Source: a virus
Virus record (IMG/VR): IMGVR_UViG_3300044846_004348
Coordinates: 1 to 64,000 of that record
Reading direction: 5' to 3' (one strand)
Length of the DNA: 64,000 bases
Each line of letters starts with the position of its first letter. The first letter of the stretch is position 1. Shown piece after piece: positions 40,901 through 50,081 of this stretch. The notes under the pieces are model-generated. The model searched no databases, was not told the DNA's origin, and worked only from the letters and a program-made list of their open reading frames with translations. Position numbers and translations under genes: made by a program.

Positions 40901-43900
40901 TTTCTATTGTTTACTGTAAAAGTAGTTGAGTTGGGTATAGATCTTACAAAGTAGTAGTATCCGTCAATTAAAGGACTTGGTGATACCCCAGCAACACCTG
41001 ATGTTTGAGCAACACCAGTTGTCTGCACTTCATTAGTAAGAGTCGATCCTAATGAATTTGCACCTGTATATGTAAACTGAAAAGTATCTGGGGTTCCAGT
41101 AATTGTGTATGTTCCATTAAACTCAACAGCAGTTGTAGAACTTAGTCCACTAATAGTTACAATGTTACCAATTGTGTAACCATGGGCTTCTCTAGTTCTA
41201 ATTGTTCTACTAGTACCTGAACCAGAAATTTGGAAAATTTCTCTTCTAGGTCCACCAGTGCCTGGACTGAAAACAACTGAATCTTCTGTACTAAATTGGT
41301 GAGAGGCTAGAGTTATAACTTCTGTAGAAGTGTTTACATCTGAGGCAGCAAAAAATGCAGGTTGTTCTGTGTCTGGAGGGAATATTCTTAGTCTATCTCC
41401 CACTTTTAGAATTTTACTAAAGTTTGTTCCATCTCCATCTACTAGTACGGAGTTGACTGTAGTGTTTAGGGTTCCCGTTCCTGTAATATTTCCATTAATT
41501 TGAGAACTAGTTAAAGTGTGGGATAGACCTGCTCCAAAACTTGTAATGGAGATAGGAACACCTGATTGTGAGTTTGCTACAGTACTAGCCAGTCTTAACC
41601 AGTCTTTAGAAACTGCTATTACGTAATAATCATCACCGTCTGTTAGCCCGCCAATTGGTGTTTCTCCGCCGTCAGAGTATGTAACTTTTGTTCCAGTTAA
41701 AAATCCGTGTGAAGGTATTTTTATATAATTTTCTGATACGTCTACATTGAATCTTGGACTAAATGTTTTAACAATCTCTGGTACAGATCCTGAAGCAGTT
41801 ACTTCAAATTCGGTTGCACTAGTTACATCGCTAATTGAGTATGTACCATCTGGTGTTCTAATTAATGATTTTAATTTATGTCTACCGACTGGTGCTGGGG
41901 ATGCAATTAAATCTATTGCAGTTCCATTTGATGCATTAATACTACTTGTTGCTAGTTTTATTGTGTTTCCGTCTATTACAATTACATAATATGGAGTTGC
42001 ACTTACCAAACCATTTATATCAGTTTGACCTACCGTGTCATATTCTACTAGCTCACCTGTAGAAAAACCATGATTTGGGATTGTTAAAGTGTTTTCAACA
42101 AAATCTACAACGAATGTAGTTACCGAATGAGACCCTATACCTACTCCAATAATATTTTCTACTAAAGTAAGATTTTTGTCGTTGTACAGTCTAAGTGTGT
42201 TAGCATCTATTCTCTGTATAAAGTAAATTTTTTGATTTTGTAGTCCAAAAATATTTGTATTAGTGTCTATTTCTCCAACAACACCAGTAGCACCTACTTC
42301 TCTAAGTAGTGTGTTTCCAGTTGTTGCTGTTTGTATAGGTATAGTATTTAACGTAATTGTTGCACTAGCGTTGGCGGCTGGTACTTGATCTACAGTTAAA
42401 GCTCCAGAAACTGCTGCAGTAGTTACAGTTCCTGATGTTTGTGTAAAAAATTGAATTCTGTTAGCAGCAGGTATTGCCGTAATAGTGTGAGTTCCGTTGA
42501 ATATATTTGCATCTGCACCTGACATGCTGGATATAGTTACAGTATCGCCAACTTGTAAATTATGGGTTGTATTTAAGGTCACATCTGCTACGTTTACTGT
42601 TCTTAATCTATTAGTTACAGTAAATGTTGTAACGTTGGCTGCTTGAGGTCTGGTTACAGTGAATATTGTGCTTGAAGGAACGTTGTTAATTACAAATGTT
42701 CCATTAAATATGTTTGGATTATTTGCAGATATGCCAGAAATTGTTACTGTTGTTCCCACTTCAAGATGGTGAGGTAGGGTGGTTGTATATCTAGCCACCG
42801 TGTTTGAAATAAGTTCTCTATTGGATACAACTCTTGTGTATGTTGGAATGGTGTATCTTAGTTGATTTACACCAGCCATTGTTCCACCAACTACTTCATT
42901 TGATATGGTCCCACTAGTTGGTGTTGTAAAAGTTACTCTAGTGCTTGAAGGAATACTACTAATAACCCATTCGCCATTAAAGGTTTGAGGAACTGAACCT
43001 CCAATATTATTAATTCTTATTCTTTCACCCACTTCAAAACCGTGAGCTGCGCTTACAGTTACGTCAGCAACGTTTGCGCTTCTACTTCTTGCAGTAATAG
43101 TGAAAGCAGGTCTAGTCATGAGAGAAGCTCTTACAGTTGTTCCAGTAGTAGCACCGTTGGCAACAGTAATAGAAGTTGTACCTATATATGTAAATTGATT
43201 TGCAGAAGGGACACCATTTACTGTGAACTCTCCTATAAAACTGGAAGCATTTACTCCAGTCATATTTATAATTCTTATTCTGTCGCCAATAGCAAAGTAA
43301 TGAGGATTATCTGTGGTTATAGTTCTTGTAGTAGCTTCACTCTGTCTAGCAGTAATGTTTACTTGGTAATTCCAAAAATTACCATCGTTACCGCTGTTGT
43401 TTTCTAGGTATACGTAGTTATTAGTTTCTAAATTGTGTGGCGCTGCGGTGTTAACAACTAAGTTAGTGTTACTAAACAGTCTTCTAGTTGATAGTGTAGA
43501 TTTTTTTTCAGGACTATCAAACGTTATAACTGATGCAGAAGGAAGTGAAGTTACTCTATACTCTCCATTGAAAACATCTTGATTTGTATTAGTTATACCA
43601 GTTACAACAAATCTATCATTAACTTGAAGATCGTGGTTAGCATCAAAGTTTAAAGTTCCAACAGTTCTATTTGCTAGATTTCTGTTATTAATTCTTACAC
43701 CAATTTTTGAAGTTTTACCTATTGCTGTAGTTGTTGATAAAGTGTAGCTTGAAGGTGGCATCTGATATCTAAACTGAGTGGAGCTGCTTATAGTGTCTAC
43801 AATTGCATCTCTATAAACAAAACCAGCATTAGTTATGCCACCAGATCCAACATTTGTATTGCTAAAAGTAATATTTGGATCTAAGTTAGAACTTCCTACT

Positions 43901-46581
43901 GATTGAATTCTGTAGTCTTGATTTGCTGTATATGTAAATGTATTAGTTCCAGGTACAGAGGTTATAAAGTAGGTTCCATTAAAATATTCACCTATGTCTC
44001 CTTGAATACCTACAACACTTCCTGAAATATTTTTAACAACTACTGGAAAACCATTTGGTAGGTAGTGTGGCTCTGTTGTTACAATAGTTCTAGTAGTTCC
44101 TGAAGAAGATATACTTCTAATATTTGTTGTAAAAAGATGAGGTAGATAGTCTAAATCTGTTCTAGCTATAATATATGCTGCAACATCGGTATTAGTCTCT
44201 AAAGTTAAACTAAAACTTTCTTCAGCTGTATAAGTTATTTGGTTAGATGATGGTACACCAGTTACAACATATCTTCCATTAAATCTTGTGTTATTTGTGC
44301 CTGTGTTTCCTACAACTTGAAAATAGTTTCCAGTAGCTAAGTTATGGCTACTAGCAAGAGTGAGTGTTCTTGTTTGACCAGAACTTCCTCTTTGTGTTAT
44401 TAATATTTGAGGAGTGGCTATACCTGGTATTGAGAAGTTATCAAATGTTACTCTACTTCCGTTTTGTAAATTGTGAGGCTCTGTTGTTGTAATAAATCTA
44501 GAATTTCCGCTACTAGAAACGTTAGCTATAGTTAAGTCTCTACTCTTTTGATATCTTACTGTTTGTCCAGAAACATAACCGTGACTTGGTATGTAGATAC
44601 TGTCTTCTGAAATGTTTACAATATTCAAAATAAGACTGTGGTTTATTCCAGTGCCAGCAGCAGATAAGTCAATTACTGGACCCTGTAGCGATTGACTTAA
44701 TGTAAATCTATTTTCGTCTACCACTTCTTTTATATAATATGTAGAATTATTTTGTAAAGGTGTAATAGCTGTTCCAGTACCGACTGAATATCTTACTGGC
44801 TGATCCAGTAAAAATCCGTGATTACTTATAGTAATAATATTTAGAGCTGTATTAACAGTAACGTCTCTAAAACCCTCTACTGCATTGATACTAGATGGAC
44901 CAGTAATATTTAAAGTAGTAAAATTAGGATCTGGAGTGCTACTTAATCTATAACTAAAATCATCTACTAAATTTATATAGTAAACCGTGTTTTGTGCTAA
45001 ACCTATAGGAGCTGTACCGTTAGTGAAATAGTTTACAGCTTCCCCGTTAAAGAACCCGTGTGCAGTTTTTTGACTAATTATTTCTGTGTCTAAATCTATA
45101 GTTATTGGTACTAATGCGTGGAAAGAACTTCCAGCAGGGGCAATAGGAATTGCGTTTTCTTCATTGTTTGCATCTTCTGCAGTTGGGTGAAGTGTAAATC
45201 CAAACAAAGATCTTTCTACAAGAGTTACAGAAACTTCTCCTTCAACATCTCCTGTATTGTAAAGATTTAAGTTTTCAATTGGTTGACCTAGTAAAGTTGC
45301 AGATCCATCATATAAACCAGTAGATGTTGCAACATTTGTTGCTGTAGCAAATATGAATGAGCCACCACCACCACCAGTTAAACTTCCAATGCGATCGGTA
45401 GTTGCTCCACCACTGTAACCACCTGCTCCACCATTACCGCCCCAAGATTCGCCGTCTGAACCTGCTCCGCCGCCGAAACCACCTATTGCTGATGAGCCAC
45501 CAGCAGAAAAACCACCTACAAGACCATTGTTAAAGCCGCCGCCGCCGCCGCCTCGCTCAGAGTTTCCGCCTGCAGAGAAGAAACCTCCTCCACCACCACC
45601 AGCAGAACGTCCTGCTGCACCTTGACCGCCTTGACCACCAGTGTAACCTTGTTGCGATGTACCACCGATAGTTGTTAATACAGCATTAAAACCAAATTGT
45701 GTGTTAGATGAGGATGCTCCACCGCCAGCAACAAACAAAGGAATATTTCCAGCTTTTCTTACAACAAATGTTCCACCAGAAGATGCTGGCCATGTAATAT
45801 TATTAGGAGGTAGTTCTCCTCTTTGACCTATTGCAAAAGTAATAATTTCGCCTTTAATTAAGCGAACACGACCTCTTACAATTGCACCACCGCCACCAAG
45901 TGCTCTACCTTGACGACCAGGAGCACCTTTTACTGTAAATTCGTACAAACCATCTTCTGGAACTGTCCAGTCTTGGTATCCCTGAAAACTACCTAAATTT
46001 AAATATGTATTTTCCCAAGTTTCTGCAGCATAAGCTGATCTCATTTGTGCAAGATTTGGTCCTTGCCCTCCAGTAACCCCAGCGGATGTAAATGTGTGAT
46101 TATCAAATAGATATAAGGCAGAGCCACCAAGACCTGTTAAAAGATTTTTTACATAATATGTATTACCTGAAGTAAGACCTGTAATTGGGGTTGAGTCGGT
46201 AAGGTATTTTACTGCTTGAACATCATCGTATTTTACGTTAGTTATGTTTATAGAATTATCGTAAACAGATGGGAAGTTGAAAGTTACGGTTCCTGCTGAA
46301 TATTCAGTTAAATTTATATTAGTAGTAGAGGCTGCTGTAGTTGTAAAACCTATAGAAAAATTATCAGCAGTGTTTAGAAAATATACTTCACCACTGTCTA
46401 AACCATCTATAGTTCCTGTAGTTTCTCTTACTACCCAAGCGCTATCATTTACTAAATTTGTAGCTTTTGTGGTATTGATGTCTCTACCAGGAAAGTAAAT
46501 ATAATCTTCATCTAAGTTAACATTTACTTTTTGAAGAGTGTGTGTACCTGACCCACCTACAGCGGTAATATTAATAGTCAA
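37990..46581 (-). CDS. Giant virion structural protein (2863 aa) with nested FCCH-like repeats and a glycine-rich domain
   Basis: TTG start with SD GAGG; more than 20 HG/HN barrel repeats of two types; poly-Gly domain; core motifs HRPFDGG, RQTRKYFRYQSGKG, MDYSWYGAG. Confidence 0.8.
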   Translation of the reverse strand: MTINITAVGGSGTHTLQKVNVNLDEDYIYFPGRDINTTKATNLVNDSAWVVRETTGTIDGLDSGEVYFLNTADNFSIGFTTTAASTTNINLTEYSAGTVTFNFPSVYDNSINITNVKYDDVQAVKYLTDSTPITGLTSGNTYYVKNLLTGLGGSALYLFDNHTFTSAGVTGGQGPNLAQMRSAYAAETWENTYLNLGSFQGYQDWTVPEDGLYEFTVKGAPGRQGRALGGGGAIVRGRVRLIKGEIITFAIGQRGELPPNNITWPASSGGTFVVRKAGNIPLFVAGGGASSSNTQFGFNAVLTTIGGTSQQGYTGGQGGQGAAGRSAGGGGGGFFSAGGNSERGGGGGGFNNGLVGGFSAGGSSAIGGFGGGAGSDGESWGGNGGAGGYSGGATTDRIGSLTGGGGGSFIFATATNVATSTGLYDGSATLLGQPIENLNLYNTGDVEGEVSVTLVERSLFGFTLHPTAEDANNEENAIPIAPAGSSFHALVPITIDLDTEIISQKTAHGFFNGEAVNYFTNGTAPIGLAQNTVYYINLVDDFSYRLSSTPDPNFTTLNITGPSSINAVEGFRDVTVNTALNIITISNHGFLLDQPVRYSVGTGTAITPLQNNSTYYIKEVVDENRFTLSQSLQGPVIDLSAAGTGINHSLILNIVNISEDSIYIPSHGYVSGQTVRYQKSRDLTIANVSSSGNSRFITTTEPHNLQNGSRVTFDNFSIPGIATPQILITQRGSSGQTRTLTLASSHNLATGNYFQVVGNTGTNNTRFNGRYVVTGVPSSNQITYTAEESFSLTLETNTDVAAYIIARTDLDYLPHLFTTNIRSISSSGTTRTIVTTEPHYLPNGFPVVVKNISGSVVGIQGDIGEYFNGTYFITSVPGTNTFTYTANQDYRIQSVGSSNLDPNITFSNTNVGSGGITNAGFVYRDAIVDTISSSTQFRYQMPPSSYTLSTTTAIGKTSKIGVRINNRNLANRTVGTLNFDANHDLQVNDRFVVTGITNTNQDVFNGEYRVTSLPSASVITFDSPEKKSTLSTRRLFSNTNLVVNTAAPHNLETNNYVYLENNSGNDGNFWNYQVNITARQSEATTRTITTDNPHYFAIGDRIRIINMTGVNASSFIGEFTVNGVPSANQFTYIGTTSITVANGATTGTTVRASLMTRPAFTITARSRSANVADVTVSAAHGFEVGERIRINNIGGSVPQTFNGEWVISSIPSSTRVTFTTPTSGTISNEVVGGTMAGVNQLRYTIPTYTRVVSNRELISNTVARYTTTLPHHLEVGTTVTISGISANNPNIFNGTFVINNVPSSTIFTVTRPQAANVTTFTVTNRLRTVNVADVTLNTTHNLQVGDTVTISSMSGADANIFNGTHTITAIPAANRIQFFTQTSGTVTTAAVSGALTVDQVPAANASATITLNTIPIQTATTGNTLLREVGATGVVGEIDTNTNIFGLQNQKIYFIQRIDANTLRLYNDKNLTLVENIIGVGIGSHSVTTFVVDFVENTLTIPNHGFSTGELVEYDTVGQTDINGLVSATPYYVIVIDGNTIKLATSSINASNGTAIDLIASPAPVGRHKLKSLIRTPDGTYSISDVTSATEFEVTASGSVPEIVKTFSPRFNVDVSENYIKIPSHGFLTGTKVTYSDGGETPIGGLTDGDDYYVIAVSKDWLRLASTVANSQSGVPISITSFGAGLSHTLTSSQINGNITGTGTLNTTVNSVLVDGDGTNFSKILKVGDRLRIFPPDTEQPAFFAASDVNTSTEVITLASHQFSTEDSVVFSPGTGGPRREIFQISGSGTSRTIRTREAHGYTIGNIVTISGLSSTTAVEFNGTYTITGTPDTFQFTYTGANSLGSTLTNEVQTTGVAQTSGVAGVSPSPLIDGYYYFVRSIPNSTTFTVNNRNRTDNILDYTTSINHNLRAGNRFTISSITGVNPEVFNGTFTVVHVPAANRIQAIATVTGGNIAGAGVTGTLTPLSSNSVKLYNTLADATADTNAVDISSAGTGFALKLSKITPSTPIIRTIAAIGGDDQITVDRPYSTAYTNVSYSYPTFIYVRPQGYSLHRPFDGGVEMSTGYGTWYGKIIRQTRKYFRYQSGKGIQTSAGINFKPSIDVEDMRRVGSSSVITVRTRRPHGLINGLFVKIDDAFDSQNVLSQIYNGTFQVTVIDAFNFTYISNVNITENRSYGYPRMHVTAWTNGALRAGMFDDQNGMFFEFDGQELYCVRRSSTQQISGTIAALQGSEFIFGTNTAFQAQLTVGDSIVLRGQSYKVSEITSDSRISIKPEYKGSSGNETEFNPSTAVNTSTNVITILNHGYTENLPVIYNSIDGTPIGGLINGRTYYISVLTNNTLKLKASPTAEQFVTLSDVGSGTVHSFVSAKTGIIATLTEDTRVPQSQWSIDPCDGTGITGYNLDLSKIQMIYMDYSWYGAGKIRYGFKTVDGQVRYVHEFVHNNQKFESYFRSGNLPARYEVVTFENPTYIPYLFHWGTSVMMDGTFDDDRAYLFTKSSASLNIGGTTAKTFGSSAINTQTEIINIPSHGFALGDPLQFKGISGSGSLQPNSQNPAIQTVAGINAFNNLQNEATYFIRPLNTNNIILYYRLADLQATTFTVTTRVKNSFRVTITTSANHGYNVGDSVFVNMSTDAFAASFNGSYTIATVPAANQFTYDAFVDRRDVGSATPPGGTLVSKNVVNFFNQGNTLSTYSFTPAGSLNNTSGGNYQPLISLRLSPSVSEGLTGQLGDRDIINRMQLRLNEIGVQTNQLIDVKVLLNGRLNNLNFVGVESPSLVQTIEHTSNDTISGGIQVYNFRASGANGQELGTTVDIGDLFELSNSILGGNSVFPDGPDIITIAVARLTGSETLTSAKLSWAEAQA

Positions 46582-46630
46582 CTAAATTACCTCTTCCAAA
46601 TTATAAATATTATTAATACTTTTGTTTTTA

Positions 46631-46639
46631 ATTTTACCA
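46631..46639 (-). promoter_or_regulatory. Extended -10 promoter for the giant gene
   Basis: TGGTAAAAT on the minus strand in the 62-nt gap upstream of the TTG start. Confidence 0.45.
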
Positions 46640-46643
46640 GAAA

Positions 46644-49124
46644 TCATCGGACGTAAACCGCCAAGTTTAGGAAAGTTCTGTTTGCTGCACCGTTGGAACT
46701 ATTTCCAAAGTTCCACCAGTGTCCGTGTGCTCTCCAGTGCGAGTTAGATGTGTATGTAAATCCAATACCACCGCCCCATCTATCAGACGTTGTTCCTGTA
46801 CCACCCATACCTATCATCGAGGCACCGTGACCAGTTACAAGGTTTGATGTTGCTGTGGTGTATCCGCCTGTCATGTATTGGTTTATATTTCCATAATTAT
46901 TTGCATAGTCAGATAAAACTTTAAATCCAAATCTTGCGCCAGTTTGTAGTAATTGTTGACGAACGCTAGTGTGGGTGCCTAAACGACGTACCATAGACCA
47001 CTCGTTTGGATCGTTTACATAAATAGATGGGAATAGCCAAGTATTTCCATATGTAGATTGATTTGTTCCACCAGTAACAGATCTCATATTTGGAATGGTG
47101 ACATTGTGTCTCCAACCAATTCTATTTGCAGTGTTTGTTATTTGAACTATCATCACATCGTTGAAAGGTAGTTTGTAGAATAGAGGACTAAATGCATCAA
47201 CATCGTTAAGATCTTGACTATTTGCAGAAGCAAATAAACTTGTAAATTGATTATCTGCATTCCAAGCCCAACCATCCCATATAGGACCAAATGTGTGGGA
47301 TGCTCCCGATTGAGGTGCATTACCACTAGGTAGCGAGTTAGTTAATAATGTGTTGCTAGATAACTTCATAATTTGAGTCCAACCACCGCCCTCAACTCCA
47401 AAGAAGCAGTGAGTTAAATGTGCTGTAGCAGAACCTGCTGGTTTAATCCAATAAGCACCAGTTGTAGATGCTGGTGCGGCTAAAAGAATAGCGGCAGCGC
47501 TTGTAGCGGCTCTTGCTTCAGTTGTTCCGTCTAATACAAAACCTTTATCTCTCGTTAAAGAAATATGTGTGCCGTCATATACTCTTTTAACAAAATAGTA
47601 ATTAGCTGGAGCTTCGACAGTTGTTATTGGTGCCCCTACTGGATATGAGTACTTGACCATATCTGCTTCTTCAAAATTATGACCAGGTACTGCAAGTATT
47701 TCTTTATCTATTGAAACAGATATTGCTTTTAATGTTTGAGTACCAGTTCCACCAGAAATAGCACTTAGAGCGGATCCTCCAGGTTCTGCAGATAAGTTGA
47801 CAATATTTGTCTGAGCATTAATGCCAGCAACAAAGTATGTAGTGTTATTAGTTAATCCAGTAGCAGCGGAACCAGAAGTTGAGTAAAGAAGCATCTGTCC
47901 ATTTGCCCAGTTTGTGTTTGAAGCTAAAGTAAAGTTAGTAATACCGCTTCCACTTATTGAACTAATAGTGTATGTTGATCCTTCTGAATTATCTCCATCA
48001 AACTCGTAACTTGTGCCTTGTATTAAAGTAGTAGAGATTTGGTTTGTAGTGTCTAAATTTCCTCCAGCAAAAGTTGCCACCAAGTCTGCTTTTTGAAATG
48101 TTCCAGTTATATTAGATGTAATATCTATAACTGTTCCATTAGGAATTTGACTGACTGTAAATGTAGAAGAACTAGTTCCTAAACTGTTGGCAGTTTTAAT
48201 AAACACGACACCGCGAGGGTTAGTTGCAAAAAAACCTTCAGCTGCACTAACACTATATTGAAGAGCAGACCCTACAATAAGATTTGAAAAATTTTCTGAA
48301 GTATGTGAGACAGTTATTGTGTCTGATTCAGTATTTACACCTGAAACTGTACTAGCAACGGATATAGGGCTACTTGATGCATTATTAGATAGACTTAATA
48401 AACTTTGTGAAGCTGTATTTGATCCATCAAAAATTCTAGCAGTTGCGTTATTTGAAGCATCAAAGGATTTTGATTCTGTGTTAGTTGAATCAAACTCTTG
48501 ACTAATAGTTGAGTTTAAGTTAATAAAATAGAAAGGAGTATTTGGTCCGAACCCATGAGGACTTTCTGTTTTTATAGTTAAAGTAGAAGTTGGCTCTGCG
48601 TCTGTAACGATACCTTCTGAGTCAGATATGCGAATTTGAGACCCTTGAAAAAATTCACCTGTAATAATAGATGTATACAAATCTTCAATACTTTTAGTTT
48701 GAAATTGATTCTCTCTCGCTAAATATGTAAAAGTTCTAGCATTAGGTATTGAGTTAATAATATAAGATCCATCAGCAGTTATTTCTTTAGTTCCACTAAC
48801 ACTTATAGGTATACCTGCAGCAAGACCGTGATCTAGGGCGGTAGTAATTGTAATTTCTCTTGAACCAACTATTGTAGTTATTGATTCTATGTTAGGGATA
48901 GTTGTATCACCAGATTTTGAAAAAAATGAAGGAATATTATTAATTAATTCTACTGTTTCCCATTTTGTTGGCTGTAAACCGTACTCAAAGTCTGTATCGA
49001 TTAAGTTTTCAGGTTGGGAAACCCTAAGTTTAGTTACTGGATCGATAAACTCTTTTGGAAAAGAAATTTCTCCGCCAGTAGTGCCGCCGCCGCCGCCGCT
49101 AGAGCCTCCTAGAAAACCTGGCAT
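46644..49124 (-). CDS. Virion structural protein (826 aa) with FCCH-like repeats and a C-terminal fibrinogen/lectin-like domain
   Basis: KLRVSQPENLIDTDFEYG N-terminal motif; barrel repeats; GAYWIKP..THC..EGGGWTQIM fibrinogen-like start; SD GAGGT. Confidence 0.75.
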   Translation of the reverse strand: MPGFLGGSSGGGGGTTGGEISFPKEFIDPVTKLRVSQPENLIDTDFEYGLQPTKWETVELINNIPSFFSKSGDTTIPNIESITTIVGSREITITTALDHGLAAGIPISVSGTKEITADGSYIINSIPNARTFTYLARENQFQTKSIEDLYTSIITGEFFQGSQIRISDSEGIVTDAEPTSTLTIKTESPHGFGPNTPFYFINLNSTISQEFDSTNTESKSFDASNNATARIFDGSNTASQSLLSLSNNASSSPISVASTVSGVNTESDTITVSHTSENFSNLIVGSALQYSVSAAEGFFATNPRGVVFIKTANSLGTSSSTFTVSQIPNGTVIDITSNITGTFQKADLVATFAGGNLDTTNQISTTLIQGTSYEFDGDNSEGSTYTISSISGSGITNFTLASNTNWANGQMLLYSTSGSAATGLTNNTTYFVAGINAQTNIVNLSAEPGGSALSAISGGTGTQTLKAISVSIDKEILAVPGHNFEEADMVKYSYPVGAPITTVEAPANYYFVKRVYDGTHISLTRDKGFVLDGTTEARAATSAAAILLAAPASTTGAYWIKPAGSATAHLTHCFFGVEGGGWTQIMKLSSNTLLTNSLPSGNAPQSGASHTFGPIWDGWAWNADNQFTSLFASANSQDLNDVDAFSPLFYKLPFNDVMIVQITNTANRIGWRHNVTIPNMRSVTGGTNQSTYGNTWLFPSIYVNDPNEWSMVRRLGTHTSVRQQLLQTGARFGFKVLSDYANNYGNINQYMTGGYTTATSNLVTGHGASMIGMGGTGTTSDRWGGGIGFTYTSNSHWRAHGHWWNFGNSSNGAANRTFLNLAVYVR

Positions 49125-49196
49125 TAGCTGACACCTCTCTTAAAAAAGTTTGTAATCACAAGTTTAGACCAAAAAATATATAGTGAGTTTAATAAA

Positions 49197-49847
49197 TTAT
49201 ACACCTAACCACCAACTTGTAGTTATTTTAAAAGACCCAGGATTTCCTTGAGCCCCAGCTGGTCCTGTATTTCCTCCAGCAGTTTCTACAAAAACCCCAT
49301 CAAAAAATACATAAGTTTTTGCATTTGAAGTGTTAAACCAAGCGTCACCATTTGTAGAAGTTTCTGGATCTGGTTGCGTTGTACTAGCAGTAAATTTACC
49401 TGCAGGTCCCGTAGGTCCAAGTGGTCCAGGAACTTCAGACTGCGCACCCGTTGGTCCTGTTGGTCCAACAACACCTCTAGGTCCCGTAGGTCCTTGCGGT
49501 CCAGTTACTTGTGAATCTAAACCTTGCGCACCTGTAGGTCCTTGTGAACCTTGCGGTCCAGTTGGTCCTTGCGGTCCAGTTGGACCTTGCGGACCTAAAT
49601 CACCTGTCGGTCCAGTTGGTCCTGTTACTGTCGAATCTGGTCCTGTCGGTCCTACATCACCCTGCGGTCCTGTTGGTCCCGTATCACCTATTGGTCCTGT
49701 TGAGCCAGTTGGTCCAGCGGCACCTGTTGGTCCTATTGGAGCAGTTCTTTTTACTTCCCATTTGACGCCATCCCATATCCAAATATGACCATTAGCCTCG
49801 AACTCTTCATTGAGTTCTGGTGGTGATGGGAAATCGATGGCTGCCAC
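49197..49847 (-). CDS. Short collagen-like fibre (216 aa)
   Basis: [13 protein letters not shown]-terminal module, GPT run, GDAWFN module; SD AAGGAG. Confidence 0.85.
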   Translation of the reverse strand: MAAIDFPSPPELNEEFEANGHIWIWDGVKWEVKRTAPIGPTGAAGPTGSTGPIGDTGPTGPQGDVGPTGPDSTVTGPTGPTGDLGPQGPTGPQGPTGPQGSQGPTGAQGLDSQVTGPQGPTGPRGVVGPTGPTGAQSEVPGPLGPTGPAGKFTASTTQPDPETSTNGDAWFNTSNAKTYVFFDGVFVETAGGNTGPAGAQGNPGSFKITTSWWLGV

Positions 49848-49919
49848 TTCGGCTTATCTCCTTAATCGGGTGGATTTTATTATCTTTAACTATTCTAGTG
49901 CAATTTTTAGTAAGTCAGA

Positions 49920-50072
49920 TTAATTTAATCCAGCATTTAATTTGTTTGTGTAGGCTTCAGCCCATAATTCTGCTGCTTCAGTAGACTCCCAAGGACCGCT
50001 GTGATCTATAACAGAGTCATTAAAAAGAACTTTACACATTGGTGGTGTTCCAACTATTTCATATGTGTACAT
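49920..50072 (-). CDS. Small hypothetical protein (50 aa), below the ORF-track cutoff
   Basis: SD GGAGG plus ATG; MYTYEIVGTPPMCKVLFNDSVIDHSGPWESTEAAELWAEAYTNKLNAGLN; occupies most of the gap between two fibre-module genes. Confidence 0.7.
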   Translation of the reverse strand: MYTYEIVGTPPMCKVLFNDSVIDHSGPWESTEAAELWAEAYTNKLNAGLN

Positions 50073-50081
50073 ATTACCTCC

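Noticed and set aside
46582-46643. Intron, readthrough or frameshift joining the 826-aa and 2863-aa ORFs
   Set aside because: The gap is short, AT-rich and unstructured, the frames differ, a TAG directly precedes the TTG, and the downstream ORF has its own SD
46644-47540. C-terminal lectin-like domain as a diversity-generating retroelement target
   Set aside because: No reverse transcriptase and no adenine-variant template repeat noticed in the window; cannot be excluded elsewhere in the genome
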